Assembly: GCA_035389185.1 (NCBI GenBank)
Contig: DAOORK010000001.1
Span: 129,006 to 193,005, forward strand
Direction of reading: 5' to 3'
Origin: Candidatus Woesebacteria bacterium
GTDB taxonomy: Bacteria > Patescibacteriota > Microgenomatia > UBA1400 > MFAQ01
DNA: 64,000 bases
Shown one piece after another: positions 35,892 through 46,140 of this stretch. Both the position numbers and the translations under genes were made by a program. Position 1 is the stretch's first letter. Every line of letters begins with the position of its first letter. The notes below the pieces were generated by a model, which saw only the letters and a list, made by a program, of their open reading frames with translations, was not told the DNA's origin and searched no databases.

Positions 35892-37028
35892 TTATTCGCA
35901 GGTATTCCCTGAAGGAATTAATGCTTGCGATTTCAAGAGTTGATACTGTTGTTCAAAAGCTAAGGCAAGAGATTTATCATAGATTATGAGGAGATTCTCA
36001 TCGTTACTTTCATCAGCGTTTTTTGAAAAGTTGAATGAGCCAAAGATGACAATCTCTCCATCAATAATGATTACTTTGTGATGGAAGGTGGAACTACTGT
36101 TACCATCAAGGCGGACATCAAAACCCCTATTAAGTAACATTCTGCATTCCGAGGCTTCTGTATTGGCACCCCTGGTTTCAAAGATACCTTCGACTGTAAT
36201 ACCCTTTTCTGCTTCAGAAATCAAAGCTTCACCAAGATCATCGCTAGTGAAACTAAAGATCATAAAATGAATCAAGGTGTCGGCTGTATTGACGACATTG
36301 ATTATTTTTTCTAAAACATGATCTTCGGAGCCAAAATAGTTCTCTATCCTTACTCCATCAACGATAAAAACAGGATAGGGTGTGTCTGATGGTGATGTTG
36401 GCCCAAATTCTCCATGGTACATCTCGTCAAACTCGGTTTCATAGTTGGTCGCAAGCTCTGGAACGCAAATGTATATAGCATTTTCGTTGTTTTTGGTGGA
36501 TGCATTTTCCGTGATATTGAAAGAACCAGTCCAGACACAAGCATTGTCGAAAATGAAAAATTTGTTATGCATCGAAGCACTTCGATTATCTGCTACTGTT
36601 GGAATGCCTACGGCTTGGACTTCACCAATTTGTGGGTCGGTATCTGAGTACTCGTTGTCGTAGACTATTCGAACCTCAACACCACGATTTTGGGCTCTTA
36701 TTAAGGCCTGAGCTACGGATTCTAAATCAAATTCGAATATGGCCAGGTGGATTGAGGTTTCGGCATCATCGATTTTTTGAACTAGCGCCTCTTCAACATT
36801 TCTATCTTGTGGATCGTTGGGGTTGGTGAAATAGACTTCGTATTCGAGGTTGCTGAATGCAGTTTGGGTATTTGTAGAAAGTCCTTGAACTGTTTTTACC
36901 GGTTCAGTCTCAGAGATTGGCAGAGATTCAGTGTCTGTATCGTCATAGATGAAAAGAACAAGAGCAAAAACAATAAGTAGTAAAGACCAGAGCCATTTAT
37001 TGTTTGATTTGGGATGATTCGCGGGCAT
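35892..37028 (-). CDS. phospholipase D family protein (two HKD motifs), membrane-anchored
   Basis: Two HxK(x4)D motifs: MHNKFFIFD...GSFN and FHHKVIIIDGEIVIFGSFN; N-terminal TM helix. Confidence 0.75.
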   Translation of the reverse strand: MPANHPKSNNKWLWSLLLIVFALVLFIYDDTDTESLPISETEPVKTVQGLSTNTQTAFSNLEYEVYFTNPNDPQDRNVEEALVQKIDDAETSIHLAIFEFDLESVAQALIRAQNRGVEVRIVYDNEYSDTDPQIGEVQAVGIPTVADNRSASMHNKFFIFDNACVWTGSFNITENASTKNNENAIYICVPELATNYETEFDEMYHGEFGPTSPSDTPYPVFIVDGVRIENYFGSEDHVLEKIINVVNTADTLIHFMIFSFTSDDLGEALISEAEKGITVEGIFETRGANTEASECRMLLNRGFDVRLDGNSSSTFHHKVIIIDGEIVIFGSFNFSKNADESNDENLLIIYDKSLALAFEQQYQLLKSQALIPSGNTCE

Positions 37029-37335
37029 ATTTCTCCTCTAATTTTGTCATGATTTTCTCGAATACATTCTCATCCGTGTCGCCAATTTCGAGAATTGATG
37101 CGTTGTCAGTGAGGCTTTTTATTGTTTGGAAATGAGCCTTCTTGTCAATCATTTTTAGCGGATTAAACATTTGGTTTATTTCTTTGGCTAGCTGTAGGGC
37201 CACGTTAATTTCTTGTGATTTCTTTTTGTAAACCTTTATCAGCCAATCGATAACTCGAACGGCTTGAGAGTCAGTCAGATTGTCTAGAAGCGCTTCGTTG
37301 TCTAAGAATGACGGTGCTTCGTTATCAGATTCCAT
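36997..37335 (-). CDS. hypothetical protein
   Basis: 112-aa ORF overlapping the PLD gene start by 32 nt. Confidence 0.4.
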   Translation of the reverse strand: MESDNEAPSFLDNEALLDNLTDSQAVRVIDWLIKVYKKKSQEINVALQLAKEINQMFNPLKMIDKKAHFQTIKSLTDNASILEIGDTDENVFEKIMTKLEEKYARESSQIKQ

Positions 37336-37405
37336 GAATTACCTCCTTGTTAAAGTACGGGGGTAATTATATCAATAGGTTTGATGGATAAAGAAAAATA
37401 GCTAC

Positions 37406-39256
37406 TTAACTCATTCCTCCCCCACCCCCGCCGCCTCCTCCCCCACCCCCGCCGCCTGAAAAACCTCCATGCGATCCGGATCCTGAGGCACCGTAACTAG
37501 AAAACGATCTGCTTACACTGCCCAACCCTTGTGAAATCCCTGAAAAATTGATCCCTGTACCTCCTGGGTTCATGGCGGCGAGATAGACAAATGATGATTT
37601 TGTTTCGTCACTAATTTTGAGAGGAAGCTCGGAAAGAGCTTTAAGTGAGACTCCCAATGCGGTTCCATAGACAATATATTTTTCCCAGATAATGACCGAT
37701 TCGAGCGGAGATCTTTTGGTTACTGCGTAGTCTTTGAGATACTTTTTGAATGCTAACCAAGATGATTTTTCGACGGCACCTTTTGGGGTCAACCGGTCCA
37801 TAAAGCGATACAGAATGGTTAAAGCAATAACATAGAGAACAGCCATAAAGACCGAAGCCACACTAACAATGACCGCGTTGTTACTATCGATGAAAATAAA
37901 GTTTGAAATAAAGCCAAAAATGACAAAGCCGATAATGATAAGAACGATCTCAATGGTTATGCGTTGCTTTTCCTTATCCGACTGTGTATCAAGAAGTCCT
38001 TGTTCGAGGAGAAGTTTGGGGAAGTTACTTTTCCATGCTTGAAAATGAATACTGGCCAAACTGTCTGATTGCAGTTTTTTGAGTATCTCGGACTTGGATC
38101 TTTTTTGGACATTGTTTAGATAGAGTAGATTGAGAATCTTTTCTTCGTTTTTGGATAAAACTATTTTGGAATTATTTTTGCCAACAACTTCAAACCAGAT
38201 CTCAGGATTTCTTTTAAATAGACCCATGAGAGGCTTCTTTTCTTCTTGAGTAATTTTGAGATATTTGCGCCGACAAAGTTCTAAAAGCGTGGCTGTTAGC
38301 GAGTTTTCCCCTGGAAGATAGTGAGGAGACAGAATGGCTTCAACTAGCGACGGTTCGAGGTCTGAGGGTGGCTCATGAAGACTGCCGGATAAATTAATGG
38401 CTGGTAAAGGCAGATCTTTACCCATTTTTTTCCACCTGAGAAGCCAGTAAATAAATCTCATCATAAATAGTAGTCCGATGATCGAAATACCGATAATGGC
38501 GGCAGTGTAATCTGTTTTTGCCGTGGAGTCAGAAGAGTCAAGACCATTAATAGTTTCGTTAATATAATCAGCCTCTTCTTGGACAATGCGATCAAAGGCG
38601 TTTTCATTTTCCGTTGCTACTTGAGGCAGTTTGGCAAACAAGACTCTTGATTCAACAAAAGTATCGGCCGGCACGTAGTCTAGCTGATAAACAATTGTTT
38701 GGTTGTCGACGATGGACACTTCGCCCGAAAGAGGTCCATGGCCCCAGGCTTTTAATCGATCATCGGCTGTAGGATTTGGAAGATGAATGGTGGCCGTGAG
38801 ATTGGCAGTTGGAACACCCCAGCCTGTTTGTATTAGCTGCCAGTATAGCTCAGCCGTGTCTTGATAATTATTTACGAAGTTTTCAACTCGATAAGAGACC
38901 GTAAAGTCTTTTGTTTCGTTGAGGGCAGAGTAGTGCCAAGTGACTGTTTTTTGGTTATCTTTATCCGAGACGGAGTGAGAAATTATTTGATTGGCTTCTC
39001 GAACGGTGATGTCTTTGATTATCAGAGAGTCGCACTTTGTGTTGGTACAGGCCTTTTTTAATCCTGTTATCCACCAACCGTTGGAATACTGACCGCTAAA
39101 AGTGTAAGTCCTTTTTTCGGAGATATCGGCAGAACCATTTGAATTAACTTGAATATCAATATCCGCTTTGTCGATGGTGTAGCTTTTGGCAAAACAGTTC
39201 TGAGGAAAGAGAAATACGCCAAAGAATACGATTAAGAAGAGGAGGATCTTTTTCAT
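37406..39256 (-). CDS. DUF2207-family membrane protein with a C-terminal poly-Gly tail
   Basis: Signal peptide, large extracellular domain, TM segments, tail SGGGGGGGGGGGGGGMS encoded by a tandem 19-nt C-rich repeat. Confidence 0.7.
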   Translation of the reverse strand: MKKILLFLIVFFGVFLFPQNCFAKSYTIDKADIDIQVNSNGSADISEKRTYTFSGQYSNGWWITGLKKACTNTKCDSLIIKDITVREANQIISHSVSDKDNQKTVTWHYSALNETKDFTVSYRVENFVNNYQDTAELYWQLIQTGWGVPTANLTATIHLPNPTADDRLKAWGHGPLSGEVSIVDNQTIVYQLDYVPADTFVESRVLFAKLPQVATENENAFDRIVQEEADYINETINGLDSSDSTAKTDYTAAIIGISIIGLLFMMRFIYWLLRWKKMGKDLPLPAINLSGSLHEPPSDLEPSLVEAILSPHYLPGENSLTATLLELCRRKYLKITQEEKKPLMGLFKRNPEIWFEVVGKNNSKIVLSKNEEKILNLLYLNNVQKRSKSEILKKLQSDSLASIHFQAWKSNFPKLLLEQGLLDTQSDKEKQRITIEIVLIIIGFVIFGFISNFIFIDSNNAVIVSVASVFMAVLYVIALTILYRFMDRLTPKGAVEKSSWLAFKKYLKDYAVTKRSPLESVIIWEKYIVYGTALGVSLKALSELPLKISDETKSSFVYLAAMNPGGTGINFSGISQGLGSVSRSFSSYGASGSGSHGGFSGGGGGGGGGGGGGGMS

Positions 39257-39259
39257 GAC

Positions 39260-39928
39260 TTATGGTGTCATGGTAATGCTCTCAATAATATTGCCAACTT
39301 CTTCCTTGAAACCAAGCTTACCGGGATCTTTGATGACTGAGGTAACCAACAAGAACTTTTCTGATGTCTGTGGAATATAGTAATAGGCAACTTCTCCAAA
39401 GGAGTCTTCTGAGAGATAATAAAAACCAGTACTCTTGTATGGAATCGGAGCCACAATAATCTTAAAGTCTGGAGATAGCTGTTCTTTCTTTTGCTCGATA
39501 TCAGCTTCAATCAGCGACTTTAAATCTTTGTTGGCACCAAGACTACCCTGGTCGATATTTACAGAATAACCATCAAATAACTCTGTTTGAGTTTTTTGGG
39601 TTGGGCCCCATTTTGGAAATGAGACAGTCCCGTCAAGATTTTCTTGAGCATCGACACTATTGGGGAGGCTGGCTGAGAAGGCCATTTGGGTATTGATGTA
39701 TTTTTTGGTTTTTGTTTCGCTGACTGATGGAGTTTGAGTAACATCTGTGGAATTACTCTGACTGGAAAGGAAACACTCGGTTGTAGGCATCGGAGTACTG
39801 GGCTGACCGTGTTTTTGCCATGAACCGTCAACACAGATCCAACTGTCTTCTGGCGACAGAAGACGCAGACCAAAAATAACAGCTATGGCGATTAGAGATA
39901 AAACCAGTATTATTTTTATTTTGCCCAT
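39260..39928 (-). CDS. hypothetical membrane-anchored protein
   Basis: N-terminal TM helix; 222 aa. Confidence 0.5.
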   Translation of the reverse strand: MGKIKIILVLSLIAIAVIFGLRLLSPEDSWICVDGSWQKHGQPSTPMPTTECFLSSQSNSTDVTQTPSVSETKTKKYINTQMAFSASLPNSVDAQENLDGTVSFPKWGPTQKTQTELFDGYSVNIDQGSLGANKDLKSLIEADIEQKKEQLSPDFKIIVAPIPYKSTGFYYLSEDSFGEVAYYYIPQTSEKFLLVTSVIKDPGKLGFKEEVGNIIESITMTP

Positions 39929-39955
39929 GTATTTTCAAATCCTAAATAATAATAT

Positions 39956-40168
39956 TTAGTTTAGTGTTGCGGACTCTGTTGCCAGGAAATCACCTGAATT
40001 TGTGGCTGTAGTGGGAGAGACGGAAATTGTAGGTGTAGAAATGGGAGTGGTGTTGGAAGTGGAAAAAGACGAGGGGTTTTTGGACATCCACAAGATTATG
40101 AGAACGATGATGGCAATGATAATAATGATCCACAAAACTGCTTGGCCTTTGAACGTTTTAGCAAACAT
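39956..40168 (-). CDS. hypothetical small membrane protein (Thr/Ser-rich tail)
   Basis: 70-aa ORF with one TM helix. Confidence 0.3.
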   Translation of the reverse strand: MFAKTFKGQAVLWIIIIIAIIVLIILWMSKNPSSFSTSNTTPISTPTISVSPTTATNSGDFLATESATLN

Positions 40169-40228
40169 TTGCTTTTTTATTGTTAACCCCTTGACCTATC
40201 TTAACACTTTGTAAGGAGTGGTTCTCGA

Positions 40229-40915
40229 TTAAATTTTTTGCAAAAAATGACCCAAAAGTTGTTCTGAATTTGCGGTGCTTGTACCGGTCTTTATTTTGAC
40301 GTCTATATCTGCCAGACGTTGATAGAGATCTAGAAGTTGATCAAGGGAAAAGTAAACTGACTGAGCTTGAATCAACCGAGCCGGATATGGAGCTAACTTT
40401 AGGTTTTTGGAGCCCGCTTTTGCTTGGATCAGTAATTTAATCTGTCTAACCATCATGGCGAAGACAAAATCTGGCTCTGTGCCCTCTTGAAGAATGTTTT
40501 TCCAGGATAGTAGTATGGTCTGAGTATTCCCGGGCTTAAGGGAGTCAAGAAATTTAAAGATTACCGGGCTGATGGGAAAGATCTCGGTTTTGGCTGAAGG
40601 GATTTGTTTGAGAGAAGAGGGAGTGAGAGTTTTGTCGTCCCAAAGAATGATTTCGCTGTCTTCGTTTTGATTGATTAACTCGATAATTTTGGCCTTATTT
40701 TTTGATTTTTGTCCGCTAATTAGATTTTTGATGACGAAGCACTTTGACGAACCGAATAACCCGTATGATCCAATTTCCTGTCTGAGACCGGTAATGTCTA
40801 TCTCTGAGGCTTCGTGTACAAGGATCTCAAAATCATGAAGTTTTAACTGGTCGGTGAGAGAAAACAATCTTTGATAGGATTTTTGAACATCTTCTCCATG
40901 CAAAATGGTGATCAT
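40229..40915 (-). CDS. possible DNA polymerase III delta subunit
   Basis: N-terminus MITILHGED resembles the HolA start (LYGEE); helical C-terminus; weak. Confidence 0.35.
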   Translation of the reverse strand: MITILHGEDVQKSYQRLFSLTDQLKLHDFEILVHEASEIDITGLRQEIGSYGLFGSSKCFVIKNLISGQKSKNKAKIIELINQNEDSEIILWDDKTLTPSSLKQIPSAKTEIFPISPVIFKFLDSLKPGNTQTILLSWKNILQEGTEPDFVFAMMVRQIKLLIQAKAGSKNLKLAPYPARLIQAQSVYFSLDQLLDLYQRLADIDVKIKTGTSTANSEQLLGHFLQKI

Positions 40916-42048
40916 ATATTTAACAGTTTAAGCAGTGACTGGAGACTATTGTAAAGCTTTTTGAGAATTGTTTGGCTATTGATTGTGTTAGTTGGTCTGA
41001 GGCTTGCCGATATGGTAACTATTGGCTGTGAGGGAGATATTTGCTTAATCTCGGCTATCTTAGGACTACCCTTGGTCGCAAAAGAACTAAGAACGGATGA
41101 GAATTCTTTGAGAGTGCCATCATTTTTGACAAAGCTAAAATCTACGAAGGAACCATCTTGAGCATTGAGTAAAAAGGGCGTAATAGTGACAATGTTTTCG
41201 TCTTTCCAGGAATGAGAAAGAGCATAAAGATAATAAAGAGCAATTTGATGTTCCGAAAGGTACTGACCCGACCAACCAGTCTCGGTAATAAAGACGGGCA
41301 ATTTTTTCTTGGTAAACAAACGAATAAACCTAAGGTCTGATCTAAAGGAGTCTATCTTGTTGGAACCTGATTTGTCGGGTCTGGCGGAAAAATCTGGATT
41401 TGGATAGGCATGCGATGTCCAGCCGTCTATTTTGTCAAAGATATCGGGGTTTCTAAGATACATACGCTCAAGATACAGTCTCCAGTTGAGTGAGTTTTTG
41501 GTGTTGCTGGCGGCATTATCGAGACCGGCAGGAAGAATAAAAAAGTCAGGTGAGACATTTTTGAAAATATCGCTTGCGTTTTTTAGGGTGTCGGAGTACA
41601 TTTCCGGAGAGACATAGCCTCCATACTCATCGGCTCGATTGACTTCATTAAAAATAATGACGTAGCGATTTTCAACCGGCCAGGAAAGATCACCTAGAAA
41701 ATTGGCAAAGTCGATGAGGTCGTAGTTGTTTGGCTCGGCCCAGTTTGATCCATCAGGAACTGTGGCTACTCTGATAAGAGGAATGACTCTATTTGCTTTG
41801 CAGTCATCTAAAAATTGCTGCCACTTTTTACGATCTCGGTCTGAGGCCTGGATAGGTATTGTGACATATCCCCACTCTCCTTGACCATCATTGTTGACGA
41901 TTTTGGCGGCTTGATTAATTTCGCTGGGAAAAAGAATGTGAATACCAATTTTATTGTTTGGGGAAGAAAGTGGGTCGGTGATCGCCAGTACAGGAGTAAC
42001 AAAATTTAGAAAGGCAAAAATAGAGATGGTGATGGCTAAAAATGACAC
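40912..42048 (-). CDS. secreted glycoside hydrolase-like protein (GH5-like TIM barrel)
   Basis: Signal peptide; IFNEVN (acid/base NEx motif) and FITETGW (nucleophile Glu motif). Confidence 0.5.
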   Translation of the reverse strand: MSFLAITISIFAFLNFVTPVLAITDPLSSPNNKIGIHILFPSEINQAAKIVNNDGQGEWGYVTIPIQASDRDRKKWQQFLDDCKANRVIPLIRVATVPDGSNWAEPNNYDLIDFANFLGDLSWPVENRYVIIFNEVNRADEYGGYVSPEMYSDTLKNASDIFKNVSPDFFILPAGLDNAASNTKNSLNWRLYLERMYLRNPDIFDKIDGWTSHAYPNPDFSARPDKSGSNKIDSFRSDLRFIRLFTKKKLPVFITETGWSGQYLSEHQIALYYLYALSHSWKDENIVTITPFLLNAQDGSFVDFSFVKNDGTLKEFSSVLSSFATKGSPKIAEIKQISPSQPIVTISASLRPTNTINSQTILKKLYNSLQSLLKLLNI

Positions 42049-42068
42049 ACTAATATTATAGAGGTTAT

Positions 42069-42093
42069 AAAAAAACCTCCCCTTGCGGGGAGG
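42069..42093 (-). terminator. terminator hairpin (A-run, cctcccc-ttgc-ggggagg)
   Basis: Nearly identical to the hairpin at 42681-42704. Confidence 0.5.
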
Positions 42094-42099
42094 AGAATA

Positions 42100-42639
42100 T
42101 CAATCTTTGTAATAAAGATAGAAACGATTGTCAAAATACTTGTCGTGGACAAGAATGTATCCTTTTGGATTTGAAAAAAAGCAATAACGTTTTTCCAGTT
42201 TATTTCCGTAAGAATCATCCTTTACGCAGTATTTGGTCGAAAAAATAATTGCCGGTTTTATGAAGTTTATGATCACATAATAGTATTTTTTTGAAGGCGT
42301 CGAATCTCCCACTCTTATAGTGTCGCTGATTTCAATATTTTTCCAGTGATTATTTTCGGCATAGACTTCAAGGTCTTTTTTACCAGTTTTTAATTTTTTG
42401 TAGGTAATTATCGGCCTAAGAATTTGGGCGATAACTAGCAAAACTGCCAGTGCATCTATCGCCAAAACAATTTTGCAATGTATGGGGTTTGGAAAAATGC
42501 TACAACCATTTGCAAACGATGTAATTGAGGCGATTCCTCCATCATGAACAATGAAAATCACGCTGAAAGAAAGTATTAGTACCCAAAAAATGCTATTAAG
42601 AATCTCACCAGCAAGCTGGTTTTTTTCGCTTTTGTCCAT
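42100..42639 (-). CDS. hypothetical membrane protein
   Basis: 179-aa ORF with TM helices, flanked by two near-identical terminator hairpins. Confidence 0.45.
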   Translation of the reverse strand: MDKSEKNQLAGEILNSIFWVLILSFSVIFIVHDGGIASITSFANGCSIFPNPIHCKIVLAIDALAVLLVIAQILRPIITYKKLKTGKKDLEVYAENNHWKNIEISDTIRVGDSTPSKKYYYVIINFIKPAIIFSTKYCVKDDSYGNKLEKRYCFFSNPKGYILVHDKYFDNRFYLYYKD

Positions 42640-42680
42640 TATTTTCTCCTTTAAAGTGCAAGATGCGGGTATTATAGCTC

Positions 42681-42704
42681 AAAAAACCTCCCCAATTGGG
42701 GAGG
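42681..42704 (-). terminator. terminator hairpin (A-run, cctcccc-aatt-ggggagg)
   Basis: Same stem as 42076-42093. Confidence 0.5.
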
Positions 42705-42709
42705 GTCTA

Positions 42710-43153
42710 TTATTTACGATACAGACGAAGTGGGGTTTGCCGATAAAGTAAGTCCTCTACTACACAGTATTGATTGTTGAAGTAGAGTACTTGTTTTTTA
42801 ATCTCAACAGAGTCCAGCTCCGACTTTCTTAGGGCAACAACTTGAAAATTGTCGACGCCGACAAAAAAATCGTCTTTTCCCCCATCTCCAGCCACAAAAT
42901 CGAGTTTTTGGATGGGAGATTGATTTAATTGCTGAGTAAAACCAAGTTTTTTTAGTTCTGCATTGAGGGCATCAATTTCTCGCTTTGATCTGCTTGGACC
43001 ACTAGGGTTAAGAAATATGAGAATGATCAAAAGCATTGAAAGTACTATCGTCACAAAAAATATACTTTTCATGGTTGGGTAGTTCAGAACTGATATTATG
43101 TTTGCGGACAGTAAGAGACATAAAGCAATACCATACATTTCGTTACGGGTCAT
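42710..43153 (-). CDS. hypothetical membrane protein
   Basis: 147-aa ORF with two N-terminal TM helices. Confidence 0.45.
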   Translation of the reverse strand: MTRNEMYGIALCLLLSANIISVLNYPTMKSIFFVTIVLSMLLIILIFLNPSGPSRSKREIDALNAELKKLGFTQQLNQSPIQKLDFVAGDGGKDDFFVGVDNFQVVALRKSELDSVEIKKQVLYFNNQYCVVEDLLYRQTPLRLYRK

Positions 43154-43219
43154 ACGACCTCCTTATGAATGAATGTGCAGTTTTATAGGATTATATCAAA
43201 GGAGTTTTTCAAAATCAAT

Positions 43220-44185
43220 TTAGCGTGGCAGAGTTCTACCTAGATGGATATATGCCTTGGGGGTGGCAATACGACCGCGATTGGTTTTGCCTAGAAAACC
43301 GGATTGAAGCAGATAGGGTTCATATAGGTCGGAGATAGTGTCGACAGACTCGGAGATAAGGGCGGCCAAGGTTTCGAGACCTACTGGACCGCCGGCATGT
43401 TGGTCGATGATAGCTTCCAGAAGTCGTCTGTCTGTGGCATCGAGACCTTCTTCATCTACTTCATAAAATTCAAGTGATTTTTTGGTATTTTCGTGATTGG
43501 ATTTTGATTGGTGTTCAACTAGATTGAAGTCACGAACTCTTCTTAGAAGCTTTAGGGCAATACGAGCGGTTCCTCGAGAACGCTTGGCAATCTCTAAGGC
43601 TGAGTCATCGTCCAGACTGAAATGGAGCTTGTCTGCGGCCTTGAGGATAATACCTTGAAGCTCTTTGGGTTCATAAAAACGCAGGCGATGAACAATACCA
43701 AAACGGTCTCTGAGAGGAGAGCTAATTCTGCCTGCTTGGGTTGTTGCGCCAATAAGAGTGAAAGGACTAAGGTCTAGGCGAAGATTCTTGGCCGCCGGGC
43801 CTTTGCCTAGGATAATATCGATGGCAAAGTCTTCCATGGCTGGATAAAGTGCTTCTTCTACCGGCTTGTTGAGGCGATGAATTTCGTCGATAAACATGAC
43901 ATCCCCAGGCTCAAGGGCGGTGAGGATAGAAGCTAGATCGCCAGCTCTTGTGAGTGCGGGTCCAGAGGTGACTTTGAGATTAACGCCCATCTCGTTGGCA
44001 ATGATGTGGGCAAGAGTTGTTTTCCCCAGACCCGGAGGACCATAGAGAAGAACGTGTTCCACGGGTTCTTTCCTGGATTTGGCGGCTTTGATAGCAATCT
44101 GCAGAGACTTAACGACCTGTGGCTGACCAGCAAAATCCGGCCAGTGTGTCGGACGAACAGTGATTGGTTCTGGTTGTTTGTTCAT
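43220..44185 (-). CDS. ruvB: Holliday junction branch migration ATPase RuvB
   Basis: AAA+ motifs [18 protein letters not shown], sensor arginine; 321 aa. Confidence 0.95.
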   Translation of the reverse strand: MNKQPEPITVRPTHWPDFAGQPQVVKSLQIAIKAAKSRKEPVEHVLLYGPPGLGKTTLAHIIANEMGVNLKVTSGPALTRAGDLASILTALEPGDVMFIDEIHRLNKPVEEALYPAMEDFAIDIILGKGPAAKNLRLDLSPFTLIGATTQAGRISSPLRDRFGIVHRLRFYEPKELQGIILKAADKLHFSLDDDSALEIAKRSRGTARIALKLLRRVRDFNLVEHQSKSNHENTKKSLEFYEVDEEGLDATDRRLLEAIIDQHAGGPVGLETLAALISESVDTISDLYEPYLLQSGFLGKTNRGRIATPKAYIHLGRTLPR

Positions 44186-44739
44186 TTTTTCAAAAGCTTA
44201 AGAGCGGTCTTAACTTGTGTAGAAAGCGAAGAAGATGAGTCAATTTGGGAAAAGACACCGGTAATCTCGGATTTTTGGAAGCCGAGAGCCAGCAGTGAGT
44301 CTACCAGTTCGGAGTTGCCTTCAAGATTCCCAAGGTTGACGTCCCCTTTGCTAATCTTGGATTTGAGATCCAAAATTATTTTTTGGGCTGTTTTTTTGCC
44401 AACACCGGAGATTGAGGAAAAAAACTGAAGATTACTTTCGGAGATGGCTTTTTTGATGTTCTCCCCTGTCGATGAAGAAAGCATGGTTAAGGCAATTTTG
44501 GGACCAACTCCAGAGACGGTAATTAGAAGTTCGAAAAGATCTAGATCTTCAGGGGTTCCGAAGCCAAATAATGCCAGATTGTCCTCTCTGATATGAGTGT
44601 GGATAAAGAGCTTGGCGTTTTGATTTTCGAGAAAATTAAGATTGTGGGGAAGATTGACGGTGAAGCCAATACCGTTAGCAAAGAGAATGATTCTTCCCTG
44701 GGTTGCGTACTTTACCGTGCCTTCGAGATATCCGATCAT
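44182..44739 (-). CDS. ruvA: Holliday junction DNA helicase subunit RuvA
   Basis: OB-fold N-terminus MIGYLEGTV, HhH motifs [11 protein letters not shown] and [10 protein letters not shown]; 4-nt overlap with ruvB. Confidence 0.9.
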   Translation of the reverse strand: MIGYLEGTVKYATQGRIILFANGIGFTVNLPHNLNFLENQNAKLFIHTHIREDNLALFGFGTPEDLDLFELLITVSGVGPKIALTMLSSSTGENIKKAISESNLQFFSSISGVGKKTAQKIILDLKSKISKGDVNLGNLEGNSELVDSLLALGFQKSEITGVFSQIDSSSSLSTQVKTALKLLKK

Positions 44740-44845
44740 AAAGTCAGTATATCACCCTCGGTTTCGGTTTTTTAATGGGTATTGTTGACTTTATGGATAA
44801 ATTATATATAATATAGGGTATTGACCTTTTAAATTGGAGGAAGTA

Positions 44846-45223
44846 ATGGCTAAAAGAATTTTGATTGTGCACGCCGATCATACAATGCAATTTCATATGC
44901 AGGCATATGGAGAACGTTTGACCGATGATGGTTATTCTGTAGCAGAAATGCACTTCTTGACTGGAGAACCCATTAAAGACAGAGTCAAGATTCTTGCCGA
45001 CATTCTGGCTGGAAAACCACAAGATAACGTCAAGTATGATCTGGTGATCATTTTCGACAACTACGAAACCATTCTGAAGAAAATTAGAAATTTGAAACCA
45101 TTTGCGATTCCAGTCTTCTATGTAGACATCTTTCGAGAGGTTTCTCCGATTGAAGGATTTACCTGGTTTCAAGATCCAATGCCCTCAGAGCTTTCTGAAG
45201 AAGCTAAAAAAGTGTTGAGTTAA
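44846..45223 (+). CDS. hypothetical protein
   Basis: Start chosen at MAKRIL after a GGAGG RBS; followed by a bidirectional terminator. Confidence 0.5.
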   Translation: MAKRILIVHADHTMQFHMQAYGERLTDDGYSVAEMHFLTGEPIKDRVKILADILAGKPQDNVKYDLVIIFDNYETILKKIRNLKPFAIPVFYVDIFREVSPIEGFTWFQDPMPSELSEEAKKVLS

Positions 45224-45225
45224 AA

Positions 45226-45256
45226 AAATAATCCCGGGAAACCGGGACTTTTTTAT
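45226..45256. terminator. bidirectional terminator
   Basis: tcccggg-aaa-cccggga hairpin flanked by A7 and T6. Confidence 0.6.
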
Positions 45257-45726
45257 TTTGGATGATGAAAGGTATGGGTGAGAGCGATGGCCACAGCATC
45301 TGCGGCATCGTCGGGCTTGGGGATTTCTTTGAGATGCAGGATCTTGGTGACCATAAATTGAATCTGACTCTTTTCGGCTTTGCCATAGCCGGTAAGAGAT
45401 GACTTTACCTGCATTGGCGTGTACTGGAAAATAGGTAGGTGTGCTTGCTGACAGGCGAGGATAATCACTCCCCTAGCGGCACCGACGTCAAATGCGGTGG
45501 TAACGTTTTTGGCAAAGAAAAGAGATTCCATGGAAACAGTATCTATTTGATTGTGAGCAATTAGATCGGTAAAAAAATTGTATATTTTCTCCAGTCTGTC
45601 TGGTAGTTCGGATTTCACTTTTGTTTCAAAACAGCCATATTCGAGCAAGACATCTTGACTTCTTTGATGATCTAGGATGGCCCAACCTACTCTACCTGTA
45701 CCCGGATCTATTCCTAAGACTTTCAT
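45253..45726 (-). CDS. ruvC: crossover junction endodeoxyribonuclease RuvC
   Basis: MKVLGIDPGTGRVGWAIL N-terminus (catalytic Asp) and RNase H fold; start trimmed to MKVLG. Confidence 0.9.
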   Translation of the reverse strand: MKVLGIDPGTGRVGWAILDHQRSQDVLLEYGCFETKVKSELPDRLEKIYNFFTDLIAHNQIDTVSMESLFFAKNVTTAFDVGAARGVIILACQQAHLPIFQYTPMQVKSSLTGYGKAEKSQIQFMVTKILHLKEIPKPDDAADAVAIALTHTFHHPK

Positions 45727-45805
45727 ACTTTGATTGTATATTGAGGACAAAGATTTAGATATTTTATTTTCACCAGCTTCAATGGTAAAATATACTGCGT
45801 TGTAT

Positions 45806-45880
45806 GGGTCAGTAGCTCAGTCGGTTAGAGCACCTGCCTTTTAAGCAGGGTGTCGCGGGTTCGAGTCCCGCCTGACCCAC
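45806..45880 (+). tRNA. tRNA-Lys (anticodon TTT)
   Basis: Acceptor GGGTCAG/CTGACCC, D-arm GCTC-AGTCGGTTA-GAGC, anticodon stem CCTGC/GCAGG loop CTTTTAA, T-arm GCGGG-TTCGAGT-CCCGC. Confidence 0.85.
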
Positions 45881-45883
45881 TTT

Positions 45884-45957
45884 GGTCCCGTCGTCTAGCG
45901 GTCTAGGACGTCAGGTTTTCATCCTGAATATCGCGGGTTCGATTCCCGCCGGGATCA
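45884..45957 (+). tRNA. tRNA-Glu (anticodon TTC)
   Basis: Acceptor GGTCCCG/CGGGATC (one G-T pair), anticodon stem TCAGG/CCTGA loop TTTTCAT, T-arm GCGGG-TTCGATT-CCCGC. Confidence 0.85.
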
Positions 45958-46140
45958 CTAAGTTCAGTTTGTTCCGAGGCGATCCGCAAGGGTCGCTTCG
46001 TTGTATTGATGTATCCGACTAAAATTTTCCTAAATTGATTGAAAATCGCGTTCGAGTCCCGTAAGGGTTGTTATTGGATTGTGGATAATTCTTCAAAAAA
46101 CGTCTATAAATAATAGTAGAGAGCAATCTTTACTCAACAA

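Noticed and set aside
35892-37028. PLD-family gene as part of a DISARM-like defence system with the distant helicase and methyltransferase genes
   Set aside because: It is more than 16 kb from the helicase and methyltransferase genes, on the chromosomal side of the island. It has an N-terminal membrane anchor, looks like an ordinary cardiolipin-synthase/PLD paralog, and no DrmA/DrmB-like partners lie adjacent.
46048-46070. tRNA-Lys T-loop-like fragment (tcgcg-ttcgagtcccg) about 100 nt downstream of tRNA-Glu as a possible att remnant for the island
   Set aside because: Only about 11 contiguous matching nt, and TTCGAGTCC is generic to many T-loops. Serine recombinases do not generate long tRNA duplications. 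Too weak.
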